Shown in pieces: positions 1 to 9,840 of a DNA stretch of 39,242 bases; position 1 is the first letter of the stretch, and every line of letters begins with the position of its first letter. A program made the position numbers and the translations under genes. Under the pieces are notes generated by a model, which searched no databases, was not told the origin of the DNA, and saw only the letters and a list, made by a program, of their open reading frames with translations. The DNA is from Cyanobacteria bacterium J06626_4 (GTDB taxonomy: Bacteria > Cyanobacteriota > Cyanobacteriia > Phormidesmidales > Phormidesmidaceae): contig JBCBJQ010000053.1 of NCBI GenBank assembly GCA_038523235.1, positions 1 through 39,242 on the forward strand. The letters run 5' to 3'.

Positions 1-2
1 CG

Positions 3-1496
3 ATCTTTGTTCAATGCGGAGATGAGTTTCAGCTGAACGGGACCCTTGAAAAATTTCTAACGAAGATGTTTGATTTCTTGAATGTAAAGCAGGAAGAGCT
101 TTCTCTCAGCCAGAAAAAGAATGCTTCAAACATTGAGGAAGGCATGAGGCAAGCTCAGGGTGCCCTACGGCTTCCTCAGATAGATGATTTAACAGGCTTG
201 CCTAACAGGCCAGCTTTTTTATCAAGGGTACAGAAATCTCTGGCGGTTAAAAATACACTTTTAGAAGATCATCAGTTTGCCATATTTTTCATTGATGTTG
301 ATCGGTTTAAAATGATCAATGATAATCTTGGACACTTAGCAGGAGACCAGTTTCTGATTCAGCTAGCTGAACGATTTAAAGCCTGCATCCGTCCCTATGA
401 CATGGCAGCTCGACTGAGCGGTGATGAGTTTGCGATTTTGCTTGATAACTTAGAAAGCTTAGATGAAGCGATTATCGTAGCAAAACGACTACAAAATAAT
501 ATCTCTAAACCATTAAGTCTGGGTAATCAAGAAGTCTATCCTAGTATTAGTATTGGTATTGCATCTAGTCAGCTTCAGTATCAAACGGTAGAAGAGATTT
601 TGAGAGACGCTGATACAGCGATGTATCACGCGAAAAGAGCTGGAAAATCGAGGTTTGTTGTCTTTGACGAAAGCATGCACCAAAAAGCGCAAGAACTCCT
701 CCAGCTTGATGGTGATTTAAGGCACGCAATTGATCAGCATCAGCTACAGCTTTACTATCAACCTATTGTTTCTTTGGGTTTGAGGAATTTAGTGGGGTTT
801 GAAGCATTGCTTCGCTGGAATCATCCTGAGCGAGGTTTGATTGATTCAGATACTTTTATCCCAATTGCAGAAGAGACAAACCTAATTTATCAAATTGGGA
901 TGTGGACTATTCAAGAAGCATGCCGACAACTCGCCAACTGGAAACAAATCCCTGCAATTCAAATTCCACTGTCTGTCAATGTTAATCTTTCCGCTCGACA
1001 ATTATCAGATACAAACTTGGTGAGGTGCGTCAAGGATCTGATTGAGAAATACGGTATTGCCGATGATGAACTTAAACTTGAGATTACTGAGAGCATCGCT
1101 ATGGAAAATAGCCAGCAAACGATCAAAGTCTTCAATCAACTGAGGCAAATTGGTATTCCCTTGGTTATTGATGACTTTGGTACAGGCTACTCTTCTTTGA
1201 GCTACCTAAACCGCTTCCCAATCGATACCCTCAAAATAGATCGCTCGTTTGTTTCAAGAGTCAATCTGAATACTGAAAATACAAGCATTAGTATTATTCA
1301 CTCAATTATCGGTTTGGCCCATAGTCTTGGGGTCAAGGTTGTCGCTGAGGGAGTTGAGAAAGAAGAACATATGGATTATCTGCGACAAGCCCGGTGCGAC
1401 TATGGCCAAGGTTATTTGTTTGCGAAGCCCTTGACCGCTGAAAATGCTACTTGCTGGGCAGAGCGCGGTTTAGATTGGCGTTGGGTACCAAACTAA
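3..1496 (+). CDS. GGDEF-EAL diguanylate cyclase/phosphodiesterase, 5'-truncated by the window edge
   Basis: Motifs DDLTGLPNR, FIDVDRFKMIND, RPYD (I-site), ARLSGDEF, GFEALLRW, EITES, IDDFGTGYSSLSYL and VAEGVE. The frame is open from position 3 (IFVQCGDEFQLNGTLEKFLTK-M), so the real start probably lies upstream of the window. Confidence 0.93.
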   Translation: MFVQCGDEFQLNGTLEKFLTKMFDFLNVKQEELSLSQKKNASNIEEGMRQAQGALRLPQIDDLTGLPNRPAFLSRVQKSLAVKNTLLEDHQFAIFFIDVDRFKMINDNLGHLAGDQFLIQLAERFKACIRPYDMAARLSGDEFAILLDNLESLDEAIIVAKRLQNNISKPLSLGNQEVYPSISIGIASSQLQYQTVEEILRDADTAMYHAKRAGKSRFVVFDESMHQKAQELLQLDGDLRHAIDQHQLQLYYQPIVSLGLRNLVGFEALLRWNHPERGLIDSDTFIPIAEETNLIYQIGMWTIQEACRQLANWKQIPAIQIPLSVNVNLSARQLSDTNLVRCVKDLIEKYGIADDELKLEITESIAMENSQQTIKVFNQLRQIGIPLVIDDFGTGYSSLSYLNRFPIDTLKIDRSFVSRVNLNTENTSISIIHSIIGLAHSLGVKVVAEGVEKEEHMDYLRQARCDYGQGYLFAKPLTAENATCWAERGLDWRWVPN

Positions 1497-1653
1497 AGAC
1501 CATTAGGTTTTGAGTATCTGAGGAAAACGGTCAGTCGACTAAAGCATCCCACTAACTGCTTGAAAAATAGGACTTTGCTGATTTAGGATATGCTTCTAGT
1601 TGGCTAAGGAACTTTCCAGAATCTCAACTAATGTCCCAGCAATCGATCCGACT

Positions 1654-1873
1654 TAAGGCAAACGCATTTTAACTTTCAGGACTGGGATATCAGATTTTAG
1701 GGTTAAGACGCCCCCCATCCGCCGCTGGTTAGCCAATGCAACTTCGTCCTAAACTCAGAATTGCCGAATACTTTGAGACGATAGAAGCCCCTGGGGATAG
1801 AGCGCAGCAAGGTTGATATCCTCACCATTGCAATTCTCGCGGTCATCTGCGGCGCAGATAGCTGGGTGGGATG
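1654..1873 (+). pseudogene. ISAs1-family transposase 5' remnant with a left-end-like sequence
   Basis: ATG at 1736 gives MQLRPKLRIAEYFETIEAP; after a frameshift it reads IERSK-VDILTIAILAVICGADSWVG, matching the ISAs1 N-terminal pattern (F..I.DPR.ER.K.H.L.DIL.IAI.AVICGA..W). TAAGGCAAACGCATTTTAA at 1654-1672 resembles ISAs1 ends. Confidence 0.8.
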
Positions 1874-1874
1874 G

Positions 1875-2040
1875 CTCCGTTGTTCAACGAAACGACGAAA
1901 GGCTTCCAGGTCAGGGATTTTCGGGTCAGGGCCAAGCCACGAGCGGTGTTTGGGAGCAGGGCTACCCGGTTCGGCGCGGCGATGAAGCCATGGGTCGAAG
2001 GTGTTGCGGCTGATGCCACACAGATGATGGACTCTATCTA
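1875..2040 (-). pseudogene. IS630-family transposase HTH (ORF A) fragment
   Basis: The minus strand reads HLCGISRNTFDPWLHRRAEPGSPAPKHRSWLGPDPKIPDLEAFRRFVEQ, resembling cyanobacterial IS630 ISRNT..LW..R..ETGS..PK....GP.PKI.DLEAFR.F. No start codon or intact ORF. Confidence 0.72.
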
Positions 2041-2047
2041 CTTAATT

Positions 2048-3124
2048 TCACAGCGAGTCAGGATTCACAAAGGCCCCGTGAGGTAAGGCACGTCCAGTCG
2101 TAGTGCTGACCCAGCCCAACCCTTCGCTGGTGCCAATCCACACCTTATTGCCCGTATCGGGAGAAATTGCCAGGGTTTGTCGTCCAGGCAGACCCAGCAC
2201 TTGCCCGAAAATCTCGCCATTATAGGGATTCATCGTGCTAAGTGCAGCATCGGTGCCAATCCACAGCGCTTGATTGTTATCAAACGCCAGTGACAACACG
2301 TTTTGCCCCAGCATGGCGGTCACTTGTCGAATCAGGCTGCCGTCTTCGGGGGTGACCACAAACAAGCCTTCGGGCGTGCCCACCCACAGCGCTCCTTGAG
2401 CATCGCGGGCTAACGCCTGCACCATACCGCCGGGGATGTCGCGCACGACTCGAATTTCTGCCGCGCGCGCGGTATCGACCTGGGTCAAGCCATTGAGCGT
2501 GCCCACCCAGAGGTGGCCGTCATCGTCTAGCGTCATCACGTTAGCGCTGGTGCCCGAGAACTCTTGCATCGTCGTCATCAACTGCCCCTGGTCGGGGCTG
2601 ACCATGGCCAGGCCCTGATCAGTGCCCACCCATAAAAATCCTCGGGTATCGATCTGTAAAGACAGCACTCGGTTAGAGGGCAGCGATAAATTTTGAGCGG
2701 TGACTTGATTCGTACGTGGGTCAACGCGTACCAGCCCAGAGTAAGTTCCAGCCCAGATGCGTCCGACCCGGTCTTGAGTCAGTGCGCCAATCGTTTTGTC
2801 AGGCATGGTCAGCCGGGCTTGCACTTCGCCAGTTTCAGCATTGATGCGAGCGATTTGTCCTTGCCAGGTGGCGAGCCAGAGGCTGCCAGTAAAATCTTCT
2901 TGCAGCGCCGGCACGCGATAATCGGTGGTGAGTCGCTGGCTAATCAATGACTCCGCTGCAGCGCCGGGTGTCGTCAGAGAGCTTAGATCAGCGATCGCGG
3001 CCCCTGGTGGGGCGCTGGCGGCCAGGTCGGCTAGCCCAGAGATCGCCCCACCCGCCAAAACTGTTGTTGAGACCACCAGACCGCTGATCCCGAGGCTAGT
3101 CTTTAACCACTTCATCTTCGTCAC
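2048..3124 (-). CDS. Exported beta-propeller protein (two-component regulator propeller / Reg_prop repeats)
   Basis: Signal-peptide-like N-terminus followed by about 7 repeats of D..G.LWVGT..GL..V.P..G. Start is GTG 3124 or ATG 3115. Confidence 0.85.
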   Translation of the reverse strand: MTKMKWLKTSLGISGLVVSTTVLAGGAISGLADLAASAPPGAAIADLSSLTTPGAAAESLISQRLTTDYRVPALQEDFTGSLWLATWQGQIARINAETGEVQARLTMPDKTIGALTQDRVGRIWAGTYSGLVRVDPRTNQVTAQNLSLPSNRVLSLQIDTRGFLWVGTDQGLAMVSPDQGQLMTTMQEFSGTSANVMTLDDDGHLWVGTLNGLTQVDTARAAEIRVVRDIPGGMVQALARDAQGALWVGTPEGLFVVTPEDGSLIRQVTAMLGQNVLSLAFDNNQALWIGTDAALSTMNPYNGEIFGQVLGLPGRQTLAISPDTGNKVWIGTSEGLGWVSTTTGRALPHGAFVNPDSL

Positions 3125-3410
3125 CTGCTGCTGAACCTTCCCAGCCGTTGGCCTGATCGCGCTGGCTGGCTGAGATCCCTTATCGGCTAAAGGGTACAGC
3201 AGTTTTCCAAAAACGGAACCGAAAGTTTTCTCACGACACTGCTGCCCCTTCAGTCCTGGCTCATCATGCGGAGCAGCTTTGTTGTACGAATCATCGCTTT
3301 AGTCGCAAGAGCTGCAGGCGCTGGTGGCGGCGAAAATCGAGGATTTCGCCAGATTTCAATCCCTAGAACCCAAAAGTATGAATGGTTTTATCCATGCCAC
3401 AAAACCGTCC

Positions 3411-3459
3411 CGACCTTCGAATTCCGAACTCCGAATTCCCCACTCTAAACTCCCAACTC
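3411..3459 (+). repeat. Heptamer short tandem repeat (STRR-like)
   Basis: CGACCTT CGAATTC CGAACTC CGAATTC CCCACTC TAAACTC CCAACTC, abutting the dinB stop. Confidence 0.75.
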
Positions 3460-4549
3460 AATCCCGCAAATCCAAATCCAACATCAGCTGAGTAAACTCT
3501 ACTTCAGAGGGCAACGGCTCTAGATTAGAGAGCGCCAGTCCCAGCAGCCGCACCTTTTGGTCGCGATTGAGATGCTGATGCAGCAGCGCCTGACCCAGCC
3601 GCGCGATCGCCTCAAAATCGCGAATGGGCTCAGTCTGCGTGTGGTTGCGCGTGACTTGCTGATAGCTGCTGTATTTGATTTTGAGCGTCAGCGTGCAGCC
3701 GCCGCGCTGCTGATCCTGAACGCGCTGCGCCACCCGCTGCGCCACTTTAGTGAGGGCCGCTTCCATTTCTGGCAGAGTGGCCAAATCGGGAGAAAACGAG
3801 TTTTCTGCTCCGACCGATTTACGAATCCGGTTGGGATTAACCGGGCGATCATCCTGGCCGCGCGCCGCCCGGTAATAAAACCGCCCCACTTTGCCAAACT
3901 GTCTGACCAAGTCGGCTTCGGACCACTGCTTTAAATCAGCCCCAGTCGCAATGCCCAGCTCATGCATTTTATTGGCAGTGACGCGGCCAATGCCGTGAAA
4001 TTTGTCGATGGGCAAAGCTTCAATAAACGCAGCGGCTTGCTCTGGTCGAATCACGTAGAGGCCATCCGGTTTATCGAGATCAGAGGCGATCTTGGCGAGA
4101 AATTTGTTAATCGAAACCCCAGCCGAGGCCGTAAGCTGTGTTTCGTTACGAATGGCTTGGCGAATCGCCTGGGCGATCGCGATCGCCGAGCGCTCTCCCA
4201 CGAGGTTTTCGGTCACGTCGAGATAGGCCTCATCCAGTGACAGGGGTTCGATCAGGTCGGTATAGCGCGCAAAAATTGCCCGCACCTGCTGCGAAACTTC
4301 GCGGTAAACCTCAAAGCGTGGCGCCACAAACACCACGTGGGGACACCGCTGACGCGCAATCCGGGCGGGCATCGCCGACCGAATGCCAAACTCACGCGCC
4401 TCATAGCTTGCCGCCGCGACGGCCCCGCGCTGCTCGGGCGTGCCCCCCACCACAATCGGTCGCCCGCGATAGGCCACCTGATCGCGCTGCTCGACGGATG
4501 CGTAGAACGCATCCATATCGATATGGATGATTTTTCGCAGGGTTGCCAT
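3458..4549 (-). CDS. dinB: DNA polymerase IV (Y family)
   Basis: RKIIHIDMDAFYASVE, AASYEAR.FG.RSAMP, SLDEAYLD, KIASDLDKPDG, RKSVGAE, and a C-terminal clamp-binding-like QLMLDL. Confidence 0.97.
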   Translation of the reverse strand: MATLRKIIHIDMDAFYASVEQRDQVAYRGRPIVVGGTPEQRGAVAAASYEAREFGIRSAMPARIARQRCPHVVFVAPRFEVYREVSQQVRAIFARYTDLIEPLSLDEAYLDVTENLVGERSAIAIAQAIRQAIRNETQLTASAGVSINKFLAKIASDLDKPDGLYVIRPEQAAAFIEALPIDKFHGIGRVTANKMHELGIATGADLKQWSEADLVRQFGKVGRFYYRAARGQDDRPVNPNRIRKSVGAENSFSPDLATLPEMEAALTKVAQRVAQRVQDQQRGGCTLTLKIKYSSYQQVTRNHTQTEPIRDFEAIARLGQALLHQHLNRDQKVRLLGLALSNLEPLPSEVEFTQLMLDLDLRD

Positions 4550-5100
4550 GATTTCGACGGTGACCGGGGGTCGCTCTCAATCGTAGTCGGGCGATCGCCC
4601 TAAAATCACCCTCAACGCCGAGCATCGTGTCCATACCGGACGGTTGACAAAAGACGTGACCAAATCGTCTGATCCCATAATCTTCCTAAAGCTTTTGAAT
4701 GAAATCAAGCCGGTTTTAGCACTTTGCAATGGTCGGCGGCGATGGGCCGTGAAAAGTCAAAATCTTGGCAGCTCTTAGACGATTCATCAGATCACACTTG
4801 ATCCAACAACTGGGCTTTTTCTGGTCGATAAAATTTTAATGAACTCCACGCTTTCATTTTCAACGGGAGCCTTCAGGTAGCTTCTCTGAAAGGTTTTCCG
4901 CTCTGAGGCCGAGCTAGGGTACCGCCACTTTCAGAGAAGTGCAGCGGCAATCGATAAACAATCTTTACTAATCTAGAAAAGCCGAAAAAAGCCGATAAGG
5001 TAAAAGCATTCTAGAAATAAAAATAGGTAAAACTATTGCCATTTCAGTGAGTTCCATCAATGGTTCTGGCTGTTACCGATTGATTGAGGAGACGAGTTAA

Positions 5101-5454
5101 ATGACTGATTTTTTGGACTGTCTCAAGCACAAGTATGCCTATGTGGCGATCGGCGAATTTAAGCCTGGTTGCTTTTCAGAAGCGCGTCAGCTCTACGAAA
5201 AAGCGGTCTCTACCTACACCGACGGCTTTGACGGCGCGTATCTGTTGCAAGAGCCCGACAGCGATCGCGGCATTGCCATCATCCTGTGGGATAACCCCGG
5301 CGATATGGAAGCTCACCATAACAAAACCTACACCGAGGCCCTGAGCAAGATTTCTCACCTGTTCGTAGAGCCGCCCACCACGGCCTTTTACGAAGTGTGC
5401 AGCGAAATCATGCCGATGCTGGCCGGGGTGATGGCGGGAGCCAAAAGCAATTAA
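5101..5454 (+). CDS. Small dimeric alpha/beta-barrel (antibiotic biosynthesis monooxygenase-like) protein
   Basis: 117 aa ORF with GAGGAG SD upstream and an ABM-like pattern (FKPG...A...Y....GF.GAYLL....D.GIAI.LW....DM). Confidence 0.75.
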   Translation: MTDFLDCLKHKYAYVAIGEFKPGCFSEARQLYEKAVSTYTDGFDGAYLLQEPDSDRGIAIILWDNPGDMEAHHNKTYTEALSKISHLFVEPPTTAFYEVCSEIMPMLAGVMAGAKSN

Positions 5455-5475
5455 CGCGACGTAGTGGTGGACTGG

Positions 5476-6243
5476 CTATAGAATGCCTGTCGCCATCAGG
5501 TGATCAGCCATTTCAAAGTTAGCGGTGACCGATTGCACATCGTCTAAATCTTCGATCGCATCCATCATTTTGAGCAGAGATCGCGCATGGTCGGGGTCAA
5601 CGACATCAACCGTATTGCTGGGAATCCATCGGTTCTCGATCTGGTTGATGCTATAGCGTTGGGTTTTGAGGACCTCACTAAGCGTTTCTAAATCGGTCGG
5701 ATCGCAATAGACCTCGGCTCCGGCCTGATCTTCATCAATCATCGTCAGCTCATAGCTTTCGGCCCCTCCTTCGAGGGCCGCTTCAAGCAGAGCTTCTTCG
5801 TCAATGGGGCCAGCCACCGTCACCACGCCTTTGGGCTCAAACATCCAGCCGACGCAGCCAGTTTCCCCCAAGTTGCCGCCGTTTTTGCTAAAGGCAGATC
5901 GTAAATCAGCCGCAGTGCGATTACGATTGTCGGTCAACGCTTCGATCAGTACCGCCACCCCGCCGGGGCCATAGCCTTCATAGCGAATCGCGGCGAGGGC
6001 ATCGTCGCTGCCCAGTTGGCCCGCGCCCTTGGCGATCGCCCGATCGATATTATCGTTCGGAAAGCCCGCTGCCTTGGCCTTATCGATCGCCGTGCGCAGC
6101 TGAAAGTTACCCGCCGGGTCGGCTCCGCCAGTGCGCGTTGCCACAATAATTTCCCGCGAGAGCTTGGCAAACGTCTTGCCTTTGACGGCATCGACGCGGG
6201 CCTTTTGGCGTTTGATATTCGCCCATTTACTATGACCAGCCAT
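5476..6243 (-). CDS. yebC: YebC/PmpR family protein
   Basis: [14 protein letters not shown] start (ATG at 6243), [23 protein letters not shown]. Confidence 0.97.
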   Translation of the reverse strand: MAGHSKWANIKRQKARVDAVKGKTFAKLSREIIVATRTGGADPAGNFQLRTAIDKAKAAGFPNDNIDRAIAKGAGQLGSDDALAAIRYEGYGPGGVAVLIEALTDNRNRTAADLRSAFSKNGGNLGETGCVGWMFEPKGVVTVAGPIDEEALLEAALEGGAESYELTMIDEDQAGAEVYCDPTDLETLSEVLKTQRYSINQIENRWIPSNTVDVVDPDHARSLLKMMDAIEDLDDVQSVTANFEMADHLMATGIL

Positions 6244-6373
6244 AACAATGAAGGTGAAAAACGAAACGATGAATAACGGTGTGGTGTAGACGTTGCAACG
6301 GGGTAGCAGCATACCCAGCAGACAGGGCAAAGCCCGATGGAATGCGGCAGTCGGAGTGCGGAACGGCAATGCT

Positions 6374-6401
6374 TACCCTCTACTCTCCACCCTCTCCCCG
6401 C
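6374..6401 (+). repeat. C-rich heptamer tandem repeat
   Basis: TACCCTC TACTCTC CACCCTC TCCCCGC between glk and yebC. Confidence 0.55.
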
Positions 6402-6448
6402 CAACTCATCTCAGCTTCTGAGCGAGACTGCATCTCCCCGCCGCTCCC

Positions 6449-7483
6449 CTAGAGTTCAGCGGCCCGGCGAGCCGCGCCAATCAACCCCACTCGGGGATTC
6501 AACACAATCCGCACGGGAATATCTTCGAGCAGTTTGCTGAGGCGACCTTTGTGGCTAAAGGCGTCTAAAAAGGTGTCTTGGGTCAGGAGCGGTAAATTTT
6601 TGGCCGCAATCCCACCCGCCACATAAAAGCCCCCATAGGGCAAGAGCTTGAGCGCGAGGTTTCCCGCCTCCGCCCCATAGGCTCCCACAAACAGGTTCAT
6701 GGTTTGTACCGCCAGGCTGTCTGCTCCTTTGAGGGCAGCTTGGGAGATGGCCGCTGCCGGATCGACCGATTTGGCACGCCCGGCTTCGCGTTCCCAAGTG
6801 GTGACAATCTCAGCCAGTTCGGAAGATTCTGACGCCATGCCGCGATCGCGTAGAAATTGATAAATCGCGATGATGCCTTGCCCTGAGACCACTCGTTCCA
6901 CCGACACCCGGGTAATTTGATGTTTGTCGAGCAGATATCTTAGCAGCTGAAAGTCGAGCTCAGAGCGCGGCGCAAAGTCAGCATGCCCGCCCTCTGAGGG
7001 AAATACCTGGAAGCGTTCGCCCGCTGGGATAGCAAATCCTTGGCCGAGCCCCGTTCCCGCGCCGATAATCGCCACAGGGGCCTTGGCATCAGCGATACCG
7101 GCCTGCAAAACATGAATATCGTCACTCTCTAATCCCAAAACACCGTAGCCAATCGCCTCAAAGTCGTTGATCAGCTCCACGGCTTTCAGATCGAGGGCCT
7201 GGGCTAGGCGATCACCATCCAAATTCCACGTCAGGTTAGTCAGGTGGGACGTGTTGTCCACCACCGGCCCGGCGATCGCAAAGCAGGCTTGGGTCGGTGC
7301 TCCCGGTAGACTGTTCTCATCTTGAGCAGCCTGCAAAAAGGTCTGCACCATCGGCACGAGATCAGGAAACTGGTTGGAGACGTATTCCTGTTCGTAGCAG
7401 GTGACTAACGTCTCTGGCTCAGCGGCCACCAGTCGCAAAATTGTCTTAGTTCCACCAATATCACCCGCCAGGAAGTACCCCAT
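6449..7483 (-). CDS. glk: Glucokinase
   Basis: LAGDIGGTKT, CFAIAGPV, LINDFEA, GAGTGLG, SEGGH, VSVERVVSGQG, AGGIA. ATG at 7483. Confidence 0.96.
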   Translation of the reverse strand: MGYFLAGDIGGTKTILRLVAAEPETLVTCYEQEYVSNQFPDLVPMVQTFLQAAQDENSLPGAPTQACFAIAGPVVDNTSHLTNLTWNLDGDRLAQALDLKAVELINDFEAIGYGVLGLESDDIHVLQAGIADAKAPVAIIGAGTGLGQGFAIPAGERFQVFPSEGGHADFAPRSELDFQLLRYLLDKHQITRVSVERVVSGQGIIAIYQFLRDRGMASESSELAEIVTTWEREAGRAKSVDPAAAISQAALKGADSLAVQTMNLFVGAYGAEAGNLALKLLPYGGFYVAGGIAAKNLPLLTQDTFLDAFSHKGRLSKLLEDIPVRIVLNPRVGLIGAARRAAEL

Positions 7484-7665
7484 GGCCACCACCTCAAGTC
7501 CAGCACAACGGTTATTCGTGACAGTAATGTATCTTACTGAAGGGTCAATGAACGAGGAATGAGCGGGGCAGGGCAAAGCTTCATGAAGCGATCGGCCCAT
7601 TCACTCTATTAGTGGTCATGTTAAGACTATGGCCCGTCGTTCGTCAGAAAGAGAACCTCACTTGC

Positions 7666-7929
7666 ATGCTTTTACGATTGCTCATGGCCCCAGTGACCGC
7701 TCCCCTTGGCGGCGTCACCTGGATCGCCGAAAAGATTTTAGACCAGGTAGAAGACCCGACCGATGAGCTAGAAGCGCTGCAAAAGCAATTGCTGACGCTG
7801 CAGTTGGCCTTCGATATGGGCGACGTGCCGGAAGCAGAATTTGAAGATCAGGAAGAAGCCCTGCTGTTGCAAATTCAGGCGCTGCAGGATCAGCGAGCCG
7901 CCGATGAAGCGGCAGCGGACGAAGATTGA
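7666..7929 (+). CDS. gvpG: Gas vesicle protein GvpG
   Basis: MLLRLLMAPVTAPLGGVTWIAEKI...LQKQLLTLQLAFDMGDV.E.EFE.QEEALL is the GvpG pattern. Probable start is ATG 7666. Confidence 0.88.
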   Translation: MLLRLLMAPVTAPLGGVTWIAEKILDQVEDPTDELEALQKQLLTLQLAFDMGDVPEAEFEDQEEALLLQIQALQDQRAADEAAADED

Positions 7930-8016
7930 TGAGCCCGCAGACAGCGCCAGAGAACAGGGGAAACCGGTCAGGTCAGGGAGCAGCAATCGGATGATGACCG
8001 CTGAGAGCAACCGCCA

Positions 8017-9366
8017 CTAATCTGTGCCATTCTCTAAGCGCTTTTGCCACTCGGCATCGAGCTTGTCACGCTGCTCATATTCCTGCTCGGTGAGATCCTT
8101 CGCACTGGTGTAGGCCAAATCGGCTTTATCGACTACCGTCTGAGCGGCAAATTGGCGCGCAAAGTCGATTTTTTCATCGAGTGCTGGCGTGACTGAATTG
8201 AGGGCGATCGCCCGGTCTTGGCGACTTTCATTCCGTTGGGCGATCTGTTTGTTTTTGCGTTGCGTCCAAAAATAGCGGGCTGCCGGAATCCCGAGGAAAG
8301 CCGCACCATAGCCCAGCAGCAGCCAGTAGATGGCACTCACAAAGGCAACCAGCCCGCCCAGTTCAGCCACCATCGCCTGGTCTTGCAGCAGCGCCCCCAA
8401 GAAGATCGCGCCGACAAAGTTGACGACACCCAGGGCGATCGCCCCGGTAATTTGACCACTGCTGGCCTCACTAAATTTTTGCGGCGTCTCTTTGAGATAG
8501 GCCGCGACGGCACTGCGTTTTCGGTCTTGGGCCGTGACCTGCAGCTCCGGGAAGTGGTAGATGATCTCGCCTTTGGGGCTGACTTCGGGAACGCCATTGA
8601 AGCGAGTCAGCACAGGCAAAATGTAGTCTTCGTCTTCGGCAGTCCAGTCCTTACCGACGTTATCCAGATACGGGACGACCTGCTCAGCGGCGATCGCCCC
8701 CCCATTGTTTTGAATCACGGCACCAACTTCGCGCCAGCGGCGTTCCTCAAGCTCAGCATTGGGGTCACCATCACCAAAGAGAAAGGAGAAAATCGCCTCT
8801 AAAAAGTTCATGTCGTCGTCATTGCGTTGACCACGACGATTGGACCGCTGATTGGGGCGCTGATTCACGCGCCGGGGCGCGCGCCGACCATACCGGTCGT
8901 AATTAAACAGCCAATACAAGTCACCAATCCAAAAGCGCGGCACAAACATCAGGCCGCCGCCCCCAAACCCACCACCGCCGCCGCGATCATCGTCGCGTTG
9001 AGACGCCGACAGAGCAATCAGGATGATGGCGATCGCCACCATAATCAGCAAAATTGACAGCAGCAGCAGCACCCCAAAGGAAATGCGAATCAGGTAGAAC
9101 AGCACCCCCCAGATCTTTTCCCAGGTTTGCTGCCAGCGCAGTCGCCAGTATTTGTTGCGCAAAATCGCCCGAAAGCCTTTGGGAAACTCGTAGGCAATTT
9201 CCCCCGCCTCCGAAACTTGTAAATGCGCCAGGGTGTCAGCAGCGAGAGCATTGAGTTGCTGTTGAGCCACGGCCAACTCTAAGCCTGACTTAGCCGCCAC
9301 ATCGCCCACTGTGACGCGATAGTCTAGCGACTCGACGGCTTCCATTACGGCGGTGTTTTGGCTCAT
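8017..9366 (-). CDS. Conserved cyanobacterial/plastid membrane protein (At5g03900-like)
   Basis: AVE.L.YRVTVGDVAAKSGL, HLQVSE.GEI.YEFP, RISFG..L, FLEAIFSFLFGDGDPN, LTRFNG.PEV...G.I.Y.FP, with several TM segments. ATG at 9366 with AGGAG SD. Confidence 0.85.
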   Translation of the reverse strand: MSQNTAVMEAVESLDYRVTVGDVAAKSGLELAVAQQQLNALAADTLAHLQVSEAGEIAYEFPKGFRAILRNKYWRLRWQQTWEKIWGVLFYLIRISFGVLLLLSILLIMVAIAIILIALSASQRDDDRGGGGGFGGGGLMFVPRFWIGDLYWLFNYDRYGRRAPRRVNQRPNQRSNRRGQRNDDDMNFLEAIFSFLFGDGDPNAELEERRWREVGAVIQNNGGAIAAEQVVPYLDNVGKDWTAEDEDYILPVLTRFNGVPEVSPKGEIIYHFPELQVTAQDRKRSAVAAYLKETPQKFSEASSGQITGAIALGVVNFVGAIFLGALLQDQAMVAELGGLVAFVSAIYWLLLGYGAAFLGIPAARYFWTQRKNKQIAQRNESRQDRAIALNSVTPALDEKIDFARQFAAQTVVDKADLAYTSAKDLTEQEYEQRDKLDAEWQKRLENGTD

Positions 9367-9840
9367 GAGCGCTCCTTTAATCGGTGCTAATACAGCCAGC
9401 AAGGTCTGTAGTTTTGCTCGGGTCTCATCTCACCCTACTCGATAGCCGAGGCCATCAGGCGACAATGCCAGCAGCGAGAAACAACGCGAGTTACCTTGCC
9501 AACCCCTCTAGTATAGAAATTCGGTTTAGCCGTCAGCGGCCCCAAAGGTTCTTTACTTGAGCGGATTTCCGTACTGAGATGACCAACCACCCATAAACCT
9601 CCTACGGATGGAGAGCCGGAGTGTGGTTATACGGCCAAAACTGACCGCTTGCGGCACCTTACCAAAACCCTCGGGGCAGGCTGTCCCAGACACCCCAAAA
9701 AACTCCAGGGCCTCTCTCTTTGCCAGCGACGACTCATACAGGCGTCATTCTTGGCAAACCATCCAAATCAAGATCGCCCCATCCAGAAGGGATAAGGAGC
9801 AGGCCAATCCTGGCTAGGGGCGAACGAATGCTCAACTGAG

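Noticed and set aside
1813..2086. Short + strand ORFs (66 and 71 aa)
   Set aside because: They are explained by overlapping IS fragments in other frames or strands.
3411..3459. CRISPR-like array
   Set aside because: These are contiguous 7-mers without spacers, and there are no cas genes in the window.
4550..4750. LexA/SOS box upstream of dinB
   Set aside because: I found no match to the cyanobacterial RGTAC-N3-DGTWCB motif by eye.
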